A stretch of 64,000 bases of DNA from a virus: the IMG/VR virus record IMGVR_UViG_3300027969_000044, positions 32,001 to 96,000 of that record. One strand, given 5' to 3'. This document shows positions 53,421-64,000 of this stretch, one piece after another (the first letter of the stretch is position 1; every line of letters starts with the position of its first letter). The notes beneath the pieces were generated by a model. The model was given only the letters and a program-made list of their open reading frames with translations. It was not told the DNA's origin and searched no databases. The position numbers were made by a program, and so were the translations under genes.

Positions 53421-55670
53421 TCACAGGTCTTTAATATAGACCCAACCTTTAAATCCCGGTACCATTGTAAACGTTATTACTCCGGCATTGCTAGGTATTC
53501 CATTTGGACCATAGCTAGTAACAAGTGTGTTTGTACTTAAAATTTCAGTTACAATCTGTCCCTGAGAATAGCCGTTACCGCTTATTACGGCTCCTGCTCC
53601 AATTCCTGCTGTGCTGTCAATGACTAAAGAGGTGCCTGTATGAATAACATATTGAGCAGTCTCTGTAACATTAATCGATCCGTCATTTGAAATAACTTGG
53701 AACAATTTACTGGTATAATTACATGTCGGTAACGGACCAGTGACTGTTACTAGGCCAGCAACGTCAGTTACTATAGTAGTTGCTGTATTAAATGATGTTG
53801 TAATACTTGTAACTGTATTTGTGCTTGTTACAGTATACGAATAAGGAATTTTATTTTCGCTTAGGTCTAATATAAATGTAGCACTAGACGCAACGTATGT
53901 AGAACATAAAACTGCGGCTCGTGTTCCTGGAGGCTGAGCATAGTATTTTACATCGCCGCCGTCTACTGGCAATAGAATATCTAAATAATTTTTAACTGAC
54001 GCATTGACATTAGTAAATCCAGTTACATCCATAGACAATGCATGTGTCTTACGACCATAATCGCCCAGAGCACTTGCTAGAGCGTTATCTACATATCGTT
54101 TATTAACTGCACGTTTATTTTCAACATCGTTTTGATCAGTAATGTATCCAAGATTTGGTTCAGCAACATTAAACAGACCGCTATTATTAAAACTGATATA
54201 CTTATTGTATCCGCCAAGACTGCCCGGCTCGATATAAAGCGGTCCAGTTGATTTAATTGTGCCAGTTGTTAGTATTAACTGACTTGCAGCGTGTGTACTA
54301 TCGGACCAAGATATATCACCAATAGTTAACAAATCTAAACCAGATATGCCGGGACTACCAATAGTTCTCAAATACGGAGCGTATAAGACAGCATTACCTA
54401 ATGCGCCGTCTGTTCCTAATACTTTGTTATCGCCTAAATAAATGTCTGCGCCAACTTTTAATCCGTCGTTAGTGGTCCATCTGCCCGATGCTAGTGTTCC
54501 TTGATATAACAAGTAATGGTTTGTACTTCCGGGGTTATCAATTAAAATACCCGAGCCGTTAATACCAGAATCAGTTGCCGGTTGCCCTGTTCCAATTAAA
54601 ATTTGTTTTCCGTTTGCTCTAATTACATCAACTTCAATGTAATTTGTTGATCCCTTAACATTTAAATCTCCGTAGATATCAACGTCTTTATGTATCTCAA
54701 CTTTATTAGAAGCCACGGTTGCTGTAAATAACCCAAGTCCATTGTTAACACTATCAATCATGATAGCATTCTTTTGAGTTTGAGTTACGCCGGTCTGTGT
54801 AGTGTATCGAATAAATGTTTTTGCGCCGGCATCAGTGTTTAATAAAATTGTATCATTTGAAGGAGAGTAAATTCTAAATACTGTACCAGTACCGCCAGTT
54901 ACTAACCCAGGGCCAATACCAAGACCTTCAGGATTGTATATTTCCACGGATCCGTAAGTATATTCCATTTGATAATCAGAACTTGTTGTAAGATACTTTT
55001 TAAATACCTGATCAGCAGAGAATCCAGATAAACTATCAGCACTTGTAGCAGTTCCGTAGAATTTTGTTCCACTAATTGTTGACGCTAGTGTAAATCCTTT
55101 TCTAATTGTACTTGTAGAAGAAATATGTAACGGATTTGATGCTATGTTTAAAGGAATTTCAATATCGCTTGCCCAACCAATTAATACACCATTTGTATAA
55201 AAATTAATAATGGGGCGTAGCGTATTGGTAGAACTTTCTACTACAGTTTCTACAATCGCTCCAGTCTTTCCGTCAAAGTCACTATAAGGTTTAGCTAGAT
55301 CAACTAATGAAACTCCGTTATAATACCATAACTTTTGGGCAGAAGTATCAAACCAAAATTCTCCACCAATTAGTGTAGATGGCTGTGTTGCACTGATAAC
55401 TGGACTGCCTACCGGTTTCCATAAATTATTAGAATAAACTTTCAATTGCCCTTGAGCGGTGTCATACCATAACTGTCCAGATAGTGGACTAGGCGGAGCA
55501 GTTCGTTTGGCAAAATTTTCTAATAGGTGAACAAAATTATTATTAATTGATTCACCGTAGGCATTAGAATTCTTACCGACTAATGTTAAACTTGTTGAAA
55601 TACTATCAGCAGACTGATCTGCTAATAGTGCTAACACTCTACCGTTACTATATTTGATTGTATATGCCAT
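53421..55670 (-). CDS. Baseplate/tail fibre protein (paralogue family)
   Basis: Shared N-terminal domain; AVNKRYVD fibre motif. Confidence 0.78.
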   Translation of the reverse strand: MAYTIKYSNGRVLALLADQSADSISTSLTLVGKNSNAYGESINNNFVHLLENFAKRTAPPSPLSGQLWYDTAQGQLKVYSNNLWKPVGSPVISATQPSTLIGGEFWFDTSAQKLWYYNGVSLVDLAKPYSDFDGKTGAIVETVVESSTNTLRPIINFYTNGVLIGWASDIEIPLNIASNPLHISSTSTIRKGFTLASTISGTKFYGTATSADSLSGFSADQVFKKYLTTSSDYQMEYTYGSVEIYNPEGLGIGPGLVTGGTGTVFRIYSPSNDTILLNTDAGAKTFIRYTTQTGVTQTQKNAIMIDSVNNGLGLFTATVASNKVEIHKDVDIYGDLNVKGSTNYIEVDVIRANGKQILIGTGQPATDSGINGSGILIDNPGSTNHYLLYQGTLASGRWTTNDGLKVGADIYLGDNKVLGTDGALGNAVLYAPYLRTIGSPGISGLDLLTIGDISWSDSTHAASQLILTTGTIKSTGPLYIEPGSLGGYNKYISFNNSGLFNVAEPNLGYITDQNDVENKRAVNKRYVDNALASALGDYGRKTHALSMDVTGFTNVNASVKNYLDILLPVDGGDVKYYAQPPGTRAAVLCSTYVASSATFILDLSENKIPYSYTVTSTNTVTSITTSFNTATTIVTDVAGLVTVTGPLPTCNYTSKLFQVISNDGSINVTETAQYVIHTGTSLVIDSTAGIGAGAVISGNGYSQGQIVTEILSTNTLVTSYGPNGIPSNAGVITFTMVPGFKGWVYIKDL

Positions 55671-55674
55671 AGTC

Positions 55675-58470
55675 TTATGTCTTTATAATGTAATTCAATG
55701 CGTGAAAATGTAACGCGGTATTTGATGCCGCATTAGTTGAAGTGCTATAAGCAAATCCTGTGCTACCACTAGCATTTATTTGACCAGTTATAGGTCCTGT
55801 AGATCCTAACGCATATGATTGAGCATACTCAGCGTGTACATTTGAAGTCCTGCCTACCCCAGAATTACTTGGTGCTGCCGGTACTAATGCCGCTTGACCG
55901 TTAACTGTTTCAGCATTGGTCATGTTGTCATATCCCATAATAACTCTAGATCTTAAATCTGGAAGTCTAAACTGACTTGTAACTGAGCCCTTTCCGTATA
56001 CGTATTTGATAGCATTGAATAAGTTTGGAAAATATCCTGCGTCAACTAATGATCCGTCACATAACAACCAACCTTGCGGTGTATTGTCTACAGGGCCTGC
56101 ATAAGGCATAACAGCACCAGTTGGAACTTTGTATTCTGCTAGATCTTTTAATAGGTCATTTTTAGTTGTTTTTCTCAAGGCACCAGTAGCAGTTTGAGAC
56201 ATTAAGAATGTATCATTATCAGCTACTGTGGTTGCTGAAGCCTGACCAGCTACTGCGGAATTTGTAAGACTAGCTGTGAATGTTTTTAACCCTGCTTCAC
56301 CTGCGTAAACAAAACCTGCGGCAGATACTTGACCGGTAATACTCCAAGTTGAACTGTTTGTTAATCTTGTAGCTCCACCAGTTAAATTTCCAACAAAAGT
56401 GTTTTCTAATTTTGTACCACCTTGATATGTTACGCCAGTAACGCTTCTACTTGCGTTTAAAGATATAGGTGTGTTCAATTGAACATTAGCTTGAGAATCA
56501 GATACCGCAATAGTATTGATATCATAAACTCTTAAAATATAATAAATTACATTACTTCCTAATCCTAGAGCATTTGGGCCTCCCGCATTATATGTTACAC
56601 CATTAGGACCAGGAATATTAATACTTGATCCCAACGCTAATATAGTGCCATTATATGATGCGCTAATAGTAATCTTTGGAAGAGCAGGGTCAATAGATTT
56701 AATATAGTAAGTTGTACCCGAAACTAATCCGCCGAGTACACTACCTATGGCAGCGGTGTAGCTACCAGATCCTGCTGTTAATGTTAACGATGACGATCCC
56801 GGAGTAGCAGACACCGTTACACAATTGCCTGTTTGAATACTTTGAATATAATATGTCTGTCCGCCAACTAGCCCACCGATACTATTACTCGGAACAATAC
56901 TCATTCCAATGGCAAATCCAGTAGTATCGCCAAGTTGAACATAATTTGGTCTACCAGCATCTGTTGATGCAAAAGTTTGAATTAATGTTGTGCTTGAAGA
57001 ACTAAATGTAAATTTAATAGGCATTCCAACCGATAACCCAACTTTAGAACTTAAAGAGATTGTGTTAACAGCCGGGGGAGTTGTTTGAGTTACTATTCCA
57101 GTAACCGAAGTATGACTAAAAATAATAGGATCGCCTGAAGATAGCCCTCCTGCGTTGCTAATAGTTAATCTACCTGATGAATCTGTTCCTGTTACTGACC
57201 CTGGTACAATTGGAGGTCCGGCAAATACCTTGGAATATACTATCCCAAAAGGATTAGTTTCAGAACCAATGTTTGGGGCGTTATTACCTGTCCCAACGGG
57301 TAAAATTCCCGGAGTACTAATTGGCCAATCCTGTGTTCCAATATACATTGTATTAACAAATGTGCTTGTACTAAATGTACTAGACCCAGATGATACAATG
57401 TTTTTAAAGTAAGAAATACCTTTAGTTACATTAAGGGCAACAGTCGAAGAAGTAATAGTTAAAGAGTTTGCTACTTTAACACTTCCATTTACATCTAATT
57501 CTGCTTTAGGATTCTCGGTTGATTTTAAATTAATACCAACACCAGACGACGCTCCGTCAATTGTTAGTACGTTAACAGGAAGACTTCCGTTACTTTCTAA
57601 TGTAGTTGTTTGGAATACAAACTTACCACCCGGAATAGGATTTTGTAAATTGGCCTGATATCCGTTATCAGCCATGTTCATAATCCACGGAGTAGTTGTT
57701 CCGTTACTAGATGCCTTGCCTACTGCTAGTTCCTTAATATACAATCTAGCATTAATTGTACTATCGCCAGTAGTCTTTACTAAACTATCTCCAGTAATTG
57801 TTGTACCGTCTGCTAAATTTAAAGCGTCTGCTGTAGTAGCTGTAGCATTTAATTTTCCGTTATAGGTTGAACTAAGGTTGACTCCAGGATGAAGGCCGTC
57901 AGCAAATCCACTTATAGGAGGTTGAGGATAAAATGTATCACTGGCAATAATTTCTACAACATTGTCATCAATGTAATTTTTAATAACCCTGTGTGTTCCT
58001 CCAAGATTATCTTTAATTTCGTCAGCATAGCTACCAGTTTTAAGAACATTACTATATGTCGGGCCTACTAAGGTCCAACCGCTTAATGTTCTAATGTACA
58101 ATTGAGCGTTAGCTGTGTTAACCCAAATGTCGCCGCGTTCGGGAGTTTCAGGAGGACTGTCTTGTTGCCAAACACCATTAATAGGTTTCCATACGGTACT
58201 GTCAAATACTTTTAATTTTTTTCCAGTAAGTGTATCGTTAGAACTATCATACCACAACTGGCCTTCGGTAGGATGAAGTGGAGGAGATATGTTGGCAAAA
58301 TTTTCTAATAGGTATAAAAAGTCTTGGTTAACAGAAATACCAAAACTTGGAGCACCCTTACCAATAAAGGTTAAACTTGTATCAGTGTCATTAGTTTTGC
58401 CGTCACGAACAATAATTGCTTCGCTAAGTTTGGCAACATTATATTTGTAAAGGGTGATATAATCGGCCAT
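55675..58470 (-). CDS. Tail fibre protein with C-terminal tail-collar domain
   Basis: Shared N-terminal domain; PTGAVMPYAG..P.GWLLCDGS...FRLPDLR collar motif; ends LNYIIK. Confidence 0.85.
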   Translation of the reverse strand: MADYITLYKYNVAKLSEAIIVRDGKTNDTDTSLTFIGKGAPSFGISVNQDFLYLLENFANISPPLHPTEGQLWYDSSNDTLTGKKLKVFDSTVWKPINGVWQQDSPPETPERGDIWVNTANAQLYIRTLSGWTLVGPTYSNVLKTGSYADEIKDNLGGTHRVIKNYIDDNVVEIIASDTFYPQPPISGFADGLHPGVNLSSTYNGKLNATATTADALNLADGTTITGDSLVKTTGDSTINARLYIKELAVGKASSNGTTTPWIMNMADNGYQANLQNPIPGGKFVFQTTTLESNGSLPVNVLTIDGASSGVGINLKSTENPKAELDVNGSVKVANSLTITSSTVALNVTKGISYFKNIVSSGSSTFSTSTFVNTMYIGTQDWPISTPGILPVGTGNNAPNIGSETNPFGIVYSKVFAGPPIVPGSVTGTDSSGRLTISNAGGLSSGDPIIFSHTSVTGIVTQTTPPAVNTISLSSKVGLSVGMPIKFTFSSSSTTLIQTFASTDAGRPNYVQLGDTTGFAIGMSIVPSNSIGGLVGGQTYYIQSIQTGNCVTVSATPGSSSLTLTAGSGSYTAAIGSVLGGLVSGTTYYIKSIDPALPKITISASYNGTILALGSSINIPGPNGVTYNAGGPNALGLGSNVIYYILRVYDINTIAVSDSQANVQLNTPISLNASRSVTGVTYQGGTKLENTFVGNLTGGATRLTNSSTWSITGQVSAAGFVYAGEAGLKTFTASLTNSAVAGQASATTVADNDTFLMSQTATGALRKTTKNDLLKDLAEYKVPTGAVMPYAGPVDNTPQGWLLCDGSLVDAGYFPNLFNAIKYVYGKGSVTSQFRLPDLRSRVIMGYDNMTNAETVNGQAALVPAAPSNSGVGRTSNVHAEYAQSYALGSTGPITGQINASGSTGFAYSTSTNAASNTALHFHALNYIIKT

Positions 58471-58471
58471 C

Positions 58472-59131
58472 TTATGCTCCTACTCCGCTAATACTTTGAA
58501 TACGGATTGTGTAGTCAATTTGAATTAAACGATTTAATGATTTTTGAACAGGGTGAAAGATAACATGAGTTAATAACGGCCCCGAGTTTGCTCCATCAGT
58601 ACTATAAGCCTTCAAACCCAATTCATCAAAAATAAAATCATTTGATAAGTTTGTACCTGTATCAAACGCCAATTGTCCGCTTGGTTCACCGAAATCTAAC
58701 AGACAACTAACTAATAGGTCACTATAAGTGGCTCCCGATACATGACGTGCTTCCATGAAGTTTCGTGTCGGATCCAGGTCTAAAACACTGGATGCATCGA
58801 CGTTTTTGTAGTAAGTTTGATTATAAAGTTGACTATTTTGCCCCAGGGTGTTAGGAGTTAGATAAGTGATAATCCCAGTGGGATCAATACGACTTCCACC
58901 GTTTCCAAAAACCATTTCAGTAATAAAGCCACTGCCAAGATTACCAATACTTCTTACCAAAGCAAGGCTAAAGTTTTCATAATGAATAGCATTACGCTTG
59001 TCGACATAGACGTGCTTAGTTTCGGGATCAAAAATCTTGATGTGACCCTGTAGTTTTACGGCTCCGGATTCATTTAAATCCGAGCTAGGTTGAGGTTGTT
59101 GTACTGGCATTTTGTTCTCATCATTAGTCAT
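58472..59131 (-). CDS. Conserved-looking virion/baseplate protein
   Basis: Start reassigned to ATG 59131 (TAAATA 5 nt upstream, no overlap with the upstream gene); FDELGL...LLTHVIF.PVQKS..R...I.YT.RI resembles fibre-attachment domains. Confidence 0.65.
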   Translation of the reverse strand: MTNDENKMPVQQPQPSSDLNESGAVKLQGHIKIFDPETKHVYVDKRNAIHYENFSLALVRSIGNLGSGFITEMVFGNGGSRIDPTGIITYLTPNTLGQNSQLYNQTYYKNVDASSVLDLDPTRNFMEARHVSGATYSDLLVSCLLDFGEPSGQLAFDTGTNLSNDFIFDELGLKAYSTDGANSGPLLTHVIFHPVQKSLNRLIQIDYTIRIQSISGVGA

Positions 59132-59153
59132 AGTGCTATTTATTCTTATAAAA

Positions 59154-60761
59154 TTAGGCGATCTGTGTTCTTCCATTTACTGTAAACCAATTAGTACCAT
59201 TAAAGAAACAAGGTTGTGCTCCGCCAGACGCATCAGTTACATAAACCATTGCTCCTCGCTGTGTAATGCCGCCAAGTGCCGATAATTGTGCTGTAGTTGC
59301 GTTAGTTAATACAAACGGGGCGTTAGTTGTAATTTGCCCAGCGGCTTTAAGTGCTAGATCGTTTCCACTTTGTACTGTAGTAATTCCAACAGTACTTACA
59401 GTTAGTGTACTTACATACAATGTCTGTACTGTATACGTGTTTCCGGTAATGACCATTGCGCCGGTTGCGCCACTAGAGCCGGCTGCTCCGGTTGCTCCTG
59501 CCGGGCCAGTAGATCCTTGAACACCTGTTGCTCCTTGAGGAGAAACATCACCAATATTAATTGTACCTACCATTGCTGAATGGAACTGACAAATATAATA
59601 TAGGGTACTAGGAGCATTATACGGAACTGCAAAAGTTATAGTTCCAGACTGGGCTCCGTTGTTAGTTACACCAGAACTATAAGCATCGCCAGTTCCAGTA
59701 GATTGGGCAGTTTTGATCCAAAATGGATGTCCTGATGCGTTTACACTAAACGTATAAGTAAATCCGCGTAGTAAGAATAACGTTGGATCATTGGATCCAT
59801 CAATAACATAGGCCGAAGATCCGCTGTTTGTCACTGTATACACTCTTGCGCCACTTAGTCCTTGAACTCCGGTAGCACCAGTAGCACCTACTCCAGATGG
59901 GCCAGTTGCCCCTTGAACGCCAGTTGCGCCAGTTGCGCCATTAAGTCCAGCCGAGCCCGATGCGCCGGTGGCACCTACTCCAGATGGGCCAGTTGCTCCC
60001 ATAATACCTTCAGGTCCTCCTGCGCCAGTTGCTCCTGTTGGTCCAGACGCACCTGTTGCTCCTGCGCCAGTAGCACCCGTGTTGCCCTGGGGACCTGTTG
60101 CTCCGGCAGCACCTGTTGCGCCCTGACCTGCAAATAGTCCGTCTAATCCAGTAGCACCTTGAGATCCGGTTACACCAGTAGAACCTCGTATTCCGGTAGA
60201 ACCAGTATTTCCAATAGGACCTTGTGTTCCAGTAGCCCCTGTTGCTCCCTGTAATCCTGATTGTCCTTGAGGACCAGTGGACCCAGTTGCTCCCTGTGCC
60301 GCATATAATCCATCTAATCCAGTTGCTCCTTGAGAACCACTTGGTCCTGTAGCACCAGTTGATCCTCTGCCAGTAGCGCCAGTAGCACCTGCTTGTCCTT
60401 GAACACCAGTAGAACCCCTGGCACCTAACCCAGTAGCACCTTGCGGGCCAGTTGCGCCTGTTGCTCCGTCTGGTCCTGTGCCCCCAACAGCAACAGCAGT
60501 ACCCGGAGTCCCTTGTGGTCCTTGTGGTCCTGTAGACCCGGTTGCGCCATCATTTCCTGTGGAACCTTTAACTCCTGTAGCACCTGGATTACCCACAGGC
60601 CCTGTTAAACCAGTTGATCCTGTCGGTCCTTTAAGTTGACTAGCCAGTGTATTCTTTAGTGTACCGATGCTTAATTTATAGTTTGTGCCGCCGTCTAAAA
60701 TAGGCATAACAGCCGCATTTGACGGGTTAGTGCTTGTTGTTAAATCTGATATTCTTGCCAT
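59154..60761 (-). CDS. Collagen-like fibre protein with an embedded cupredoxin-like domain
   Basis: Long G-x-y (GATG/GPQG) tract; HPFWI...[13 protein letters not shown]. Confidence 0.8.
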   Translation of the reverse strand: MARISDLTTSTNPSNAAVMPILDGGTNYKLSIGTLKNTLASQLKGPTGSTGLTGPVGNPGATGVKGSTGNDGATGSTGPQGPQGTPGTAVAVGGTGPDGATGATGPQGATGLGARGSTGVQGQAGATGATGRGSTGATGPSGSQGATGLDGLYAAQGATGSTGPQGQSGLQGATGATGTQGPIGNTGSTGIRGSTGVTGSQGATGLDGLFAGQGATGAAGATGPQGNTGATGAGATGASGPTGATGAGGPEGIMGATGPSGVGATGASGSAGLNGATGATGVQGATGPSGVGATGATGVQGLSGARVYTVTNSGSSAYVIDGSNDPTLFLLRGFTYTFSVNASGHPFWIKTAQSTGTGDAYSSGVTNNGAQSGTITFAVPYNAPSTLYYICQFHSAMVGTINIGDVSPQGATGVQGSTGPAGATGAAGSSGATGAMVITGNTYTVQTLYVSTLTVSTVGITTVQSGNDLALKAAGQITTNAPFVLTNATTAQLSALGGITQRGAMVYVTDASGGAQPCFFNGTNWFTVNGRTQIA

Positions 60762-60762
60762 A

Positions 60763-63700
60763 TTATTCGCCTACAAAAGGTTCTCCGCTTTCGGTATCGA
60801 TGGTGTCACCGAGTTCTGTAACTAGCACAGGTTGTGAATCTGTATTTTGTCCGTATAGATATTTATCTGGCAATCTAGCAGGGCTTGCTCGTAGGAACCT
60901 AACTTGTTCAGTAGTCTGATCAACTAGCGACTTGTCGCTACTAATATCATACCAAATCTCAGTTCCTCTATAAACAACCCTAACTATTGATTCCATTTGC
61001 TTTGAAACGCCAGTGTTGTCAATAAAAGTAGGATCTAGTGGAACAAATAATTCTAAGAAATATCGATCATTGTAACGTTTAATTCTATATTCATCACTGA
61101 CAATTGGGTCTCCGAACACGCCCTGACTTGTTACTTCTCCACTGTCGTATGTCAACGTACCTTGTTTACGCATTTCTGATAACGAATGTTTCAACATACG
61201 ACCTTGGTAATATACACTGGCCTGACGAGACAAGTCGTTTTCGCTACCGCTAAACGGAATACCTGTTAGTTCCCAAATTGATGTACCGGTAGTAGAAATC
61301 TGTGTTGACGTTGTAACTTGACGCTTTCCCGGAATAAGTTTTGTAGTAACTACAGTACGGGGTACATTTAAAACATACGCATCTGAAACATTTTGCCATA
61401 ACAATTTAACTGCGCTTCCAGGCACAAATGTATATCCCGGATTGATCGTAGCTGTCACGTTTATATACCAAACAGTCGAAGTTGTACCTTGTGAGTTCTT
61501 AACAAATCGAGGGCCAAACAATGGAATCCCAAACGCTGTCTCGTATTCTTTTTTGTATCCGTTATAAAGAGCATTAACATCAAATACAACAGGACCTGCT
61601 ACTAACGATATTGTACCAGATGTTCGATTTGCTACCTGAGTCTGAAGTCTTGTAAACCAAGAAGTATTGGCTCTTGGTTTATTACCAATACTGTCTTCCG
61701 AAATAGCTAACCATTTTACCTCACCTGCTGTAGGATTGTTTCCTGCCCATAGATAGTTTGTATCGGAGTTAAAAGATAAAAATGTTGTATAGTTAACTGC
61801 ATTAACTAAATCAAATGTATAGTCTAATATTGCTCCTTGATCAATATAACTTCTTGTAACTACAGATGTGAATGTAGTTGTAGAAACTGTAACTGAAGAA
61901 TCTGGGATTTCAGGACTTGATACAACGTCAAAACTTGATGTAGTGCTTGTAACAGTTGTTGAAATATTGATAGTTTTAGGCGTATCTTTAATTCTAATAG
62001 TTTGATTAATACCTTGATCAAGTACTGAAGATCCGGCAACGTGTTGATCTTTAATGCCTGTTCCCAATGCTCCGCGTTTTAATTGTGTTAAACGATTGCC
62101 TATCATTTGATAGAACTCAATTCGTTCGCCGTCAACTAATATCACTCCTGGTATGCGATTAACTAAATCAGGAGGTGTTAGTTTATCAGCATCTAGTACA
62201 CTGATGCTTTCATCACTAGGATTTAGATCGGCTATTAGTTCAGTTACGTTTGCTCCGCTTAATCGTTTGTAATGTGTACGACCAAAATTATCGTAGAACA
62301 TTCTAAATCCAATTAGGTCGTGACTACCGTAGTCAAACGATGTTATAACTACGTCGTCAGTTTCTGCTAGAGAAACATTTAAACGTACTGTCATGCGATC
62401 TGAATCAAGTTTATAATCTTCTTCATTAATTAACGGACGTCCGTTTAGTTCTACCCAAACATAATCAGTATTAAGAGCCGCTCTACTTAACAGATAACGT
62501 CCACTAGAGTTTCCACTAAATCTTTCTTTTCTAATTCCCAATCCGTCATGATTATTGTATGTTGTAACTCGCAATGTGTCATTACCAGTTTGTTCAACAT
62601 TACGCATTAATGTCAAGTATGTTCCGTTAGCAGTTTCGTTAATCTCGTATTCGTGGCCAGCAAGGATAACAATAGCAATAGCATCGCCGTTTACTATTTT
62701 TCCAGCTTTAAAAGAAATTGTTCCTTTAATTTCTCTAAACTGATAATCTTTGCCTACAAATCTCTTGACTCCGTTTACATAAACTTCAACATCGTTAGCA
62801 CTAACAGTACCATAGTCAATTCCTCGAATAACTGGATATGTCTTTTGATTGTTAGCAACAACATAATAAACAATATCAGGCGGTAACAATCTTCTACCAT
62901 CGTATGTAACAATCGCTTGATTGTGTAGTGGTGCTAGTTTACCCGGAGCAGGCTCTAGTTTAAATATACGTTCCTTGTTACTTAGGTTAGCAAAAACTTG
63001 TTCATTAACTTCATTGAAAGCCTTAACTGGTGCGGCAAAGAACCACACTTGTAATACATCTCCAATAGATAATTCATTAGGTAATTCAATAACTATACGA
63101 CCTCTATTTTTAGAAGTTTTCTTAATATAGTTTGTAATACTAACGCCATTCAAAGTAACATATTCACTTTGAATAGTAGTGTATTCAGATTCAAATTCAA
63201 ACTCTGTAAAAGATAATTCTCTTCCAGTAATTGTAACAGAACTTGATTCTAACATTCTTGTTCCGCCAACGCCCACACTAGTAATTGATAATACTTGCGG
63301 AGTTGATGTAGATATTGTTTGTACTAACCCTTGAGGTTTGAACGGGTCAAAACTTCCCTTGCCGGCGTACTTCCAATCACCGCCATTCTTAGTACTATAG
63401 AATACGTGGCTAGTGTTGTTAGCAATCTGCGATGGACTTACAATGACCCCTGCTCCAGGATTACCGATTGTTCCGGCATTGGCAATACCAAATACTGAAC
63501 CAATGTCTGATCCTGTTCCAGGGCCAGTGAACAACGTTTCATAAATTGTTTCAACATATTGATTAGTTCCGTCACTGTATAAGGTACATTCATAATCGTA
63601 CGCAGGAATTGTAGGAGTGTCATTTCGTTTTACATAATGACTACCTTGGAATCTCATACGCCAATATTTAAAATTACCAATAGTACCGGTAGCTCTAAAG

Positions 63701-63999
63701 ATACCCGGTTCTTCACCAGTTTCTAAAGGTTGGCCGTTTACGCCGTATCCCTGCCATAAGTCAGTATACTCGGCATAGATTGCTGGAAACGGAAGAACTC
63801 CAACAGCCACAGGTGTATACAATCCTGTGCCGCCACCAAATGTCAAGTAGCCGTTTGTTCCTACGTATAGTTCTGTAAACTTTGTTCCAAACATATTCCA
63901 TTCAAAGCCAATTGGGTATGGCCCTTGATAGAAGTCGTCAACGTTACCGCCAGTGTCCTGTATGATATTTTCAAAGTTACCTTCTCTACGAGGACCAAT
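60763..63999 (-). CDS. Very large virion (baseplate-like) protein, 5'-truncated by the window edge
   Basis: The frame remains open upstream of ATG 63894 to the window end; repeated V.vNG...DY and GD.i.i beta modules; nidogen-like FG..F..LYVGTNG.LTF segment. Confidence 0.75.
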   Translation of the reverse strand: MGPRREGNFENIIQDTGGNVDDFYQGPYPIGFEWNMFGTKFTELYVGTNGYLTFGGGTGLYTPVAVGVLPFPAIYAEYTDLWQGYGVNGQPLETGEEPGIFRATGTIGNFKYWRMRFQGSHYVKRNDTPTIPAYDYECTLYSDGTNQYVETIYETLFTGPGTGSDIGSVFGIANAGTIGNPGAGVIVSPSQIANNTSHVFYSTKNGGDWKYAGKGSFDPFKPQGLVQTISTSTPQVLSITSVGVGGTRMLESSSVTITGRELSFTEFEFESEYTTIQSEYVTLNGVSITNYIKKTSKNRGRIVIELPNELSIGDVLQVWFFAAPVKAFNEVNEQVFANLSNKERIFKLEPAPGKLAPLHNQAIVTYDGRRLLPPDIVYYVVANNQKTYPVIRGIDYGTVSANDVEVYVNGVKRFVGKDYQFREIKGTISFKAGKIVNGDAIAIVILAGHEYEINETANGTYLTLMRNVEQTGNDTLRVTTYNNHDGLGIRKERFSGNSSGRYLLSRAALNTDYVWVELNGRPLINEEDYKLDSDRMTVRLNVSLAETDDVVITSFDYGSHDLIGFRMFYDNFGRTHYKRLSGANVTELIADLNPSDESISVLDADKLTPPDLVNRIPGVILVDGERIEFYQMIGNRLTQLKRGALGTGIKDQHVAGSSVLDQGINQTIRIKDTPKTINISTTVTSTTSSFDVVSSPEIPDSSVTVSTTTFTSVVTRSYIDQGAILDYTFDLVNAVNYTTFLSFNSDTNYLWAGNNPTAGEVKWLAISEDSIGNKPRANTSWFTRLQTQVANRTSGTISLVAGPVVFDVNALYNGYKKEYETAFGIPLFGPRFVKNSQGTTSTVWYINVTATINPGYTFVPGSAVKLLWQNVSDAYVLNVPRTVVTTKLIPGKRQVTTSTQISTTGTSIWELTGIPFSGSENDLSRQASVYYQGRMLKHSLSEMRKQGTLTYDSGEVTSQGVFGDPIVSDEYRIKRYNDRYFLELFVPLDPTFIDNTGVSKQMESIVRVVYRGTEIWYDISSDKSLVDQTTEQVRFLRASPARLPDKYLYGQNTDSQPVLVTELGDTIDTESGEPFVGE

Positions 64000-64000
64000 A

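Noticed and set aside
59132-59176. ORF-track start at 59176 for the minus-strand gene ending at 58472
   Set aside because: It overlaps the upstream gene; ATG 59131 follows the TAAATA-N5 pattern seen at other genes.
1-64000. Alternative genetic code (stop-codon reassignment, as in some large phages)
   Set aside because: Conserved genes (PolB, ClpA, QueE, FolE) are full length under the standard code and coding density is high.
1-64000. tRNA or rRNA genes
   Set aside because: Intergenic gaps are short and none showed a cloverleaf or T-loop pattern by eye; tRNAscan-SE would confirm.

Overview
This window is a gene-dense, AT-rich segment of a large tailed dsDNA phage with T4-like/jumbo-type organisation. 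Spanins and sigma70 promoters point to a Gram-negative host. On the + strand (1-48385) it carries tail-fibre genes with S74 chaperones, an S8 protease, a stand-alone DnaE fragment, GroES, a clamp loader, a lysis cassette, DnaJ/PDF/ClpA and a block of probable capsid-internal proteins; PhoH lies on the - strand within this stretch. These are followed by family-B DNA polymerase, a probable sliding clamp, a ~12 kb base-modification region, a 5'-3' exonuclease and a MoxR/VWA pair. The - strand (48417-64000) holds baseplate and tail-fibre genes. The most interesting items are: (1) a 7-deazaguanine DNA-modification cluster (DpdA/TGT-like, FolE, QueE, and a T-fold protein with an LxxxHRHxF motif; no QueC or canonical QueD in the window) interleaved with a glycosyltransferase, NDP-sugar enzymes, a PRTase, MazG and HIT; (2) a very small preQ1-I-like pseudoknot that fills the folE leader; (3) candidate injected head proteins with capsid-targeting-like N-termini and repeated QGVAE junctions, including a 1491-aa protein with three unrelated nucleotidyltransferase folds; (4) tandem 5-bp/8-nt-loop hairpins before the polymerase gene; (5) recurrent leaderless starts and terminator-embedded promoters; (6) a nested domain arrangement in a tail fibre. 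All calls come from reading motifs by eye; no database searches were run.
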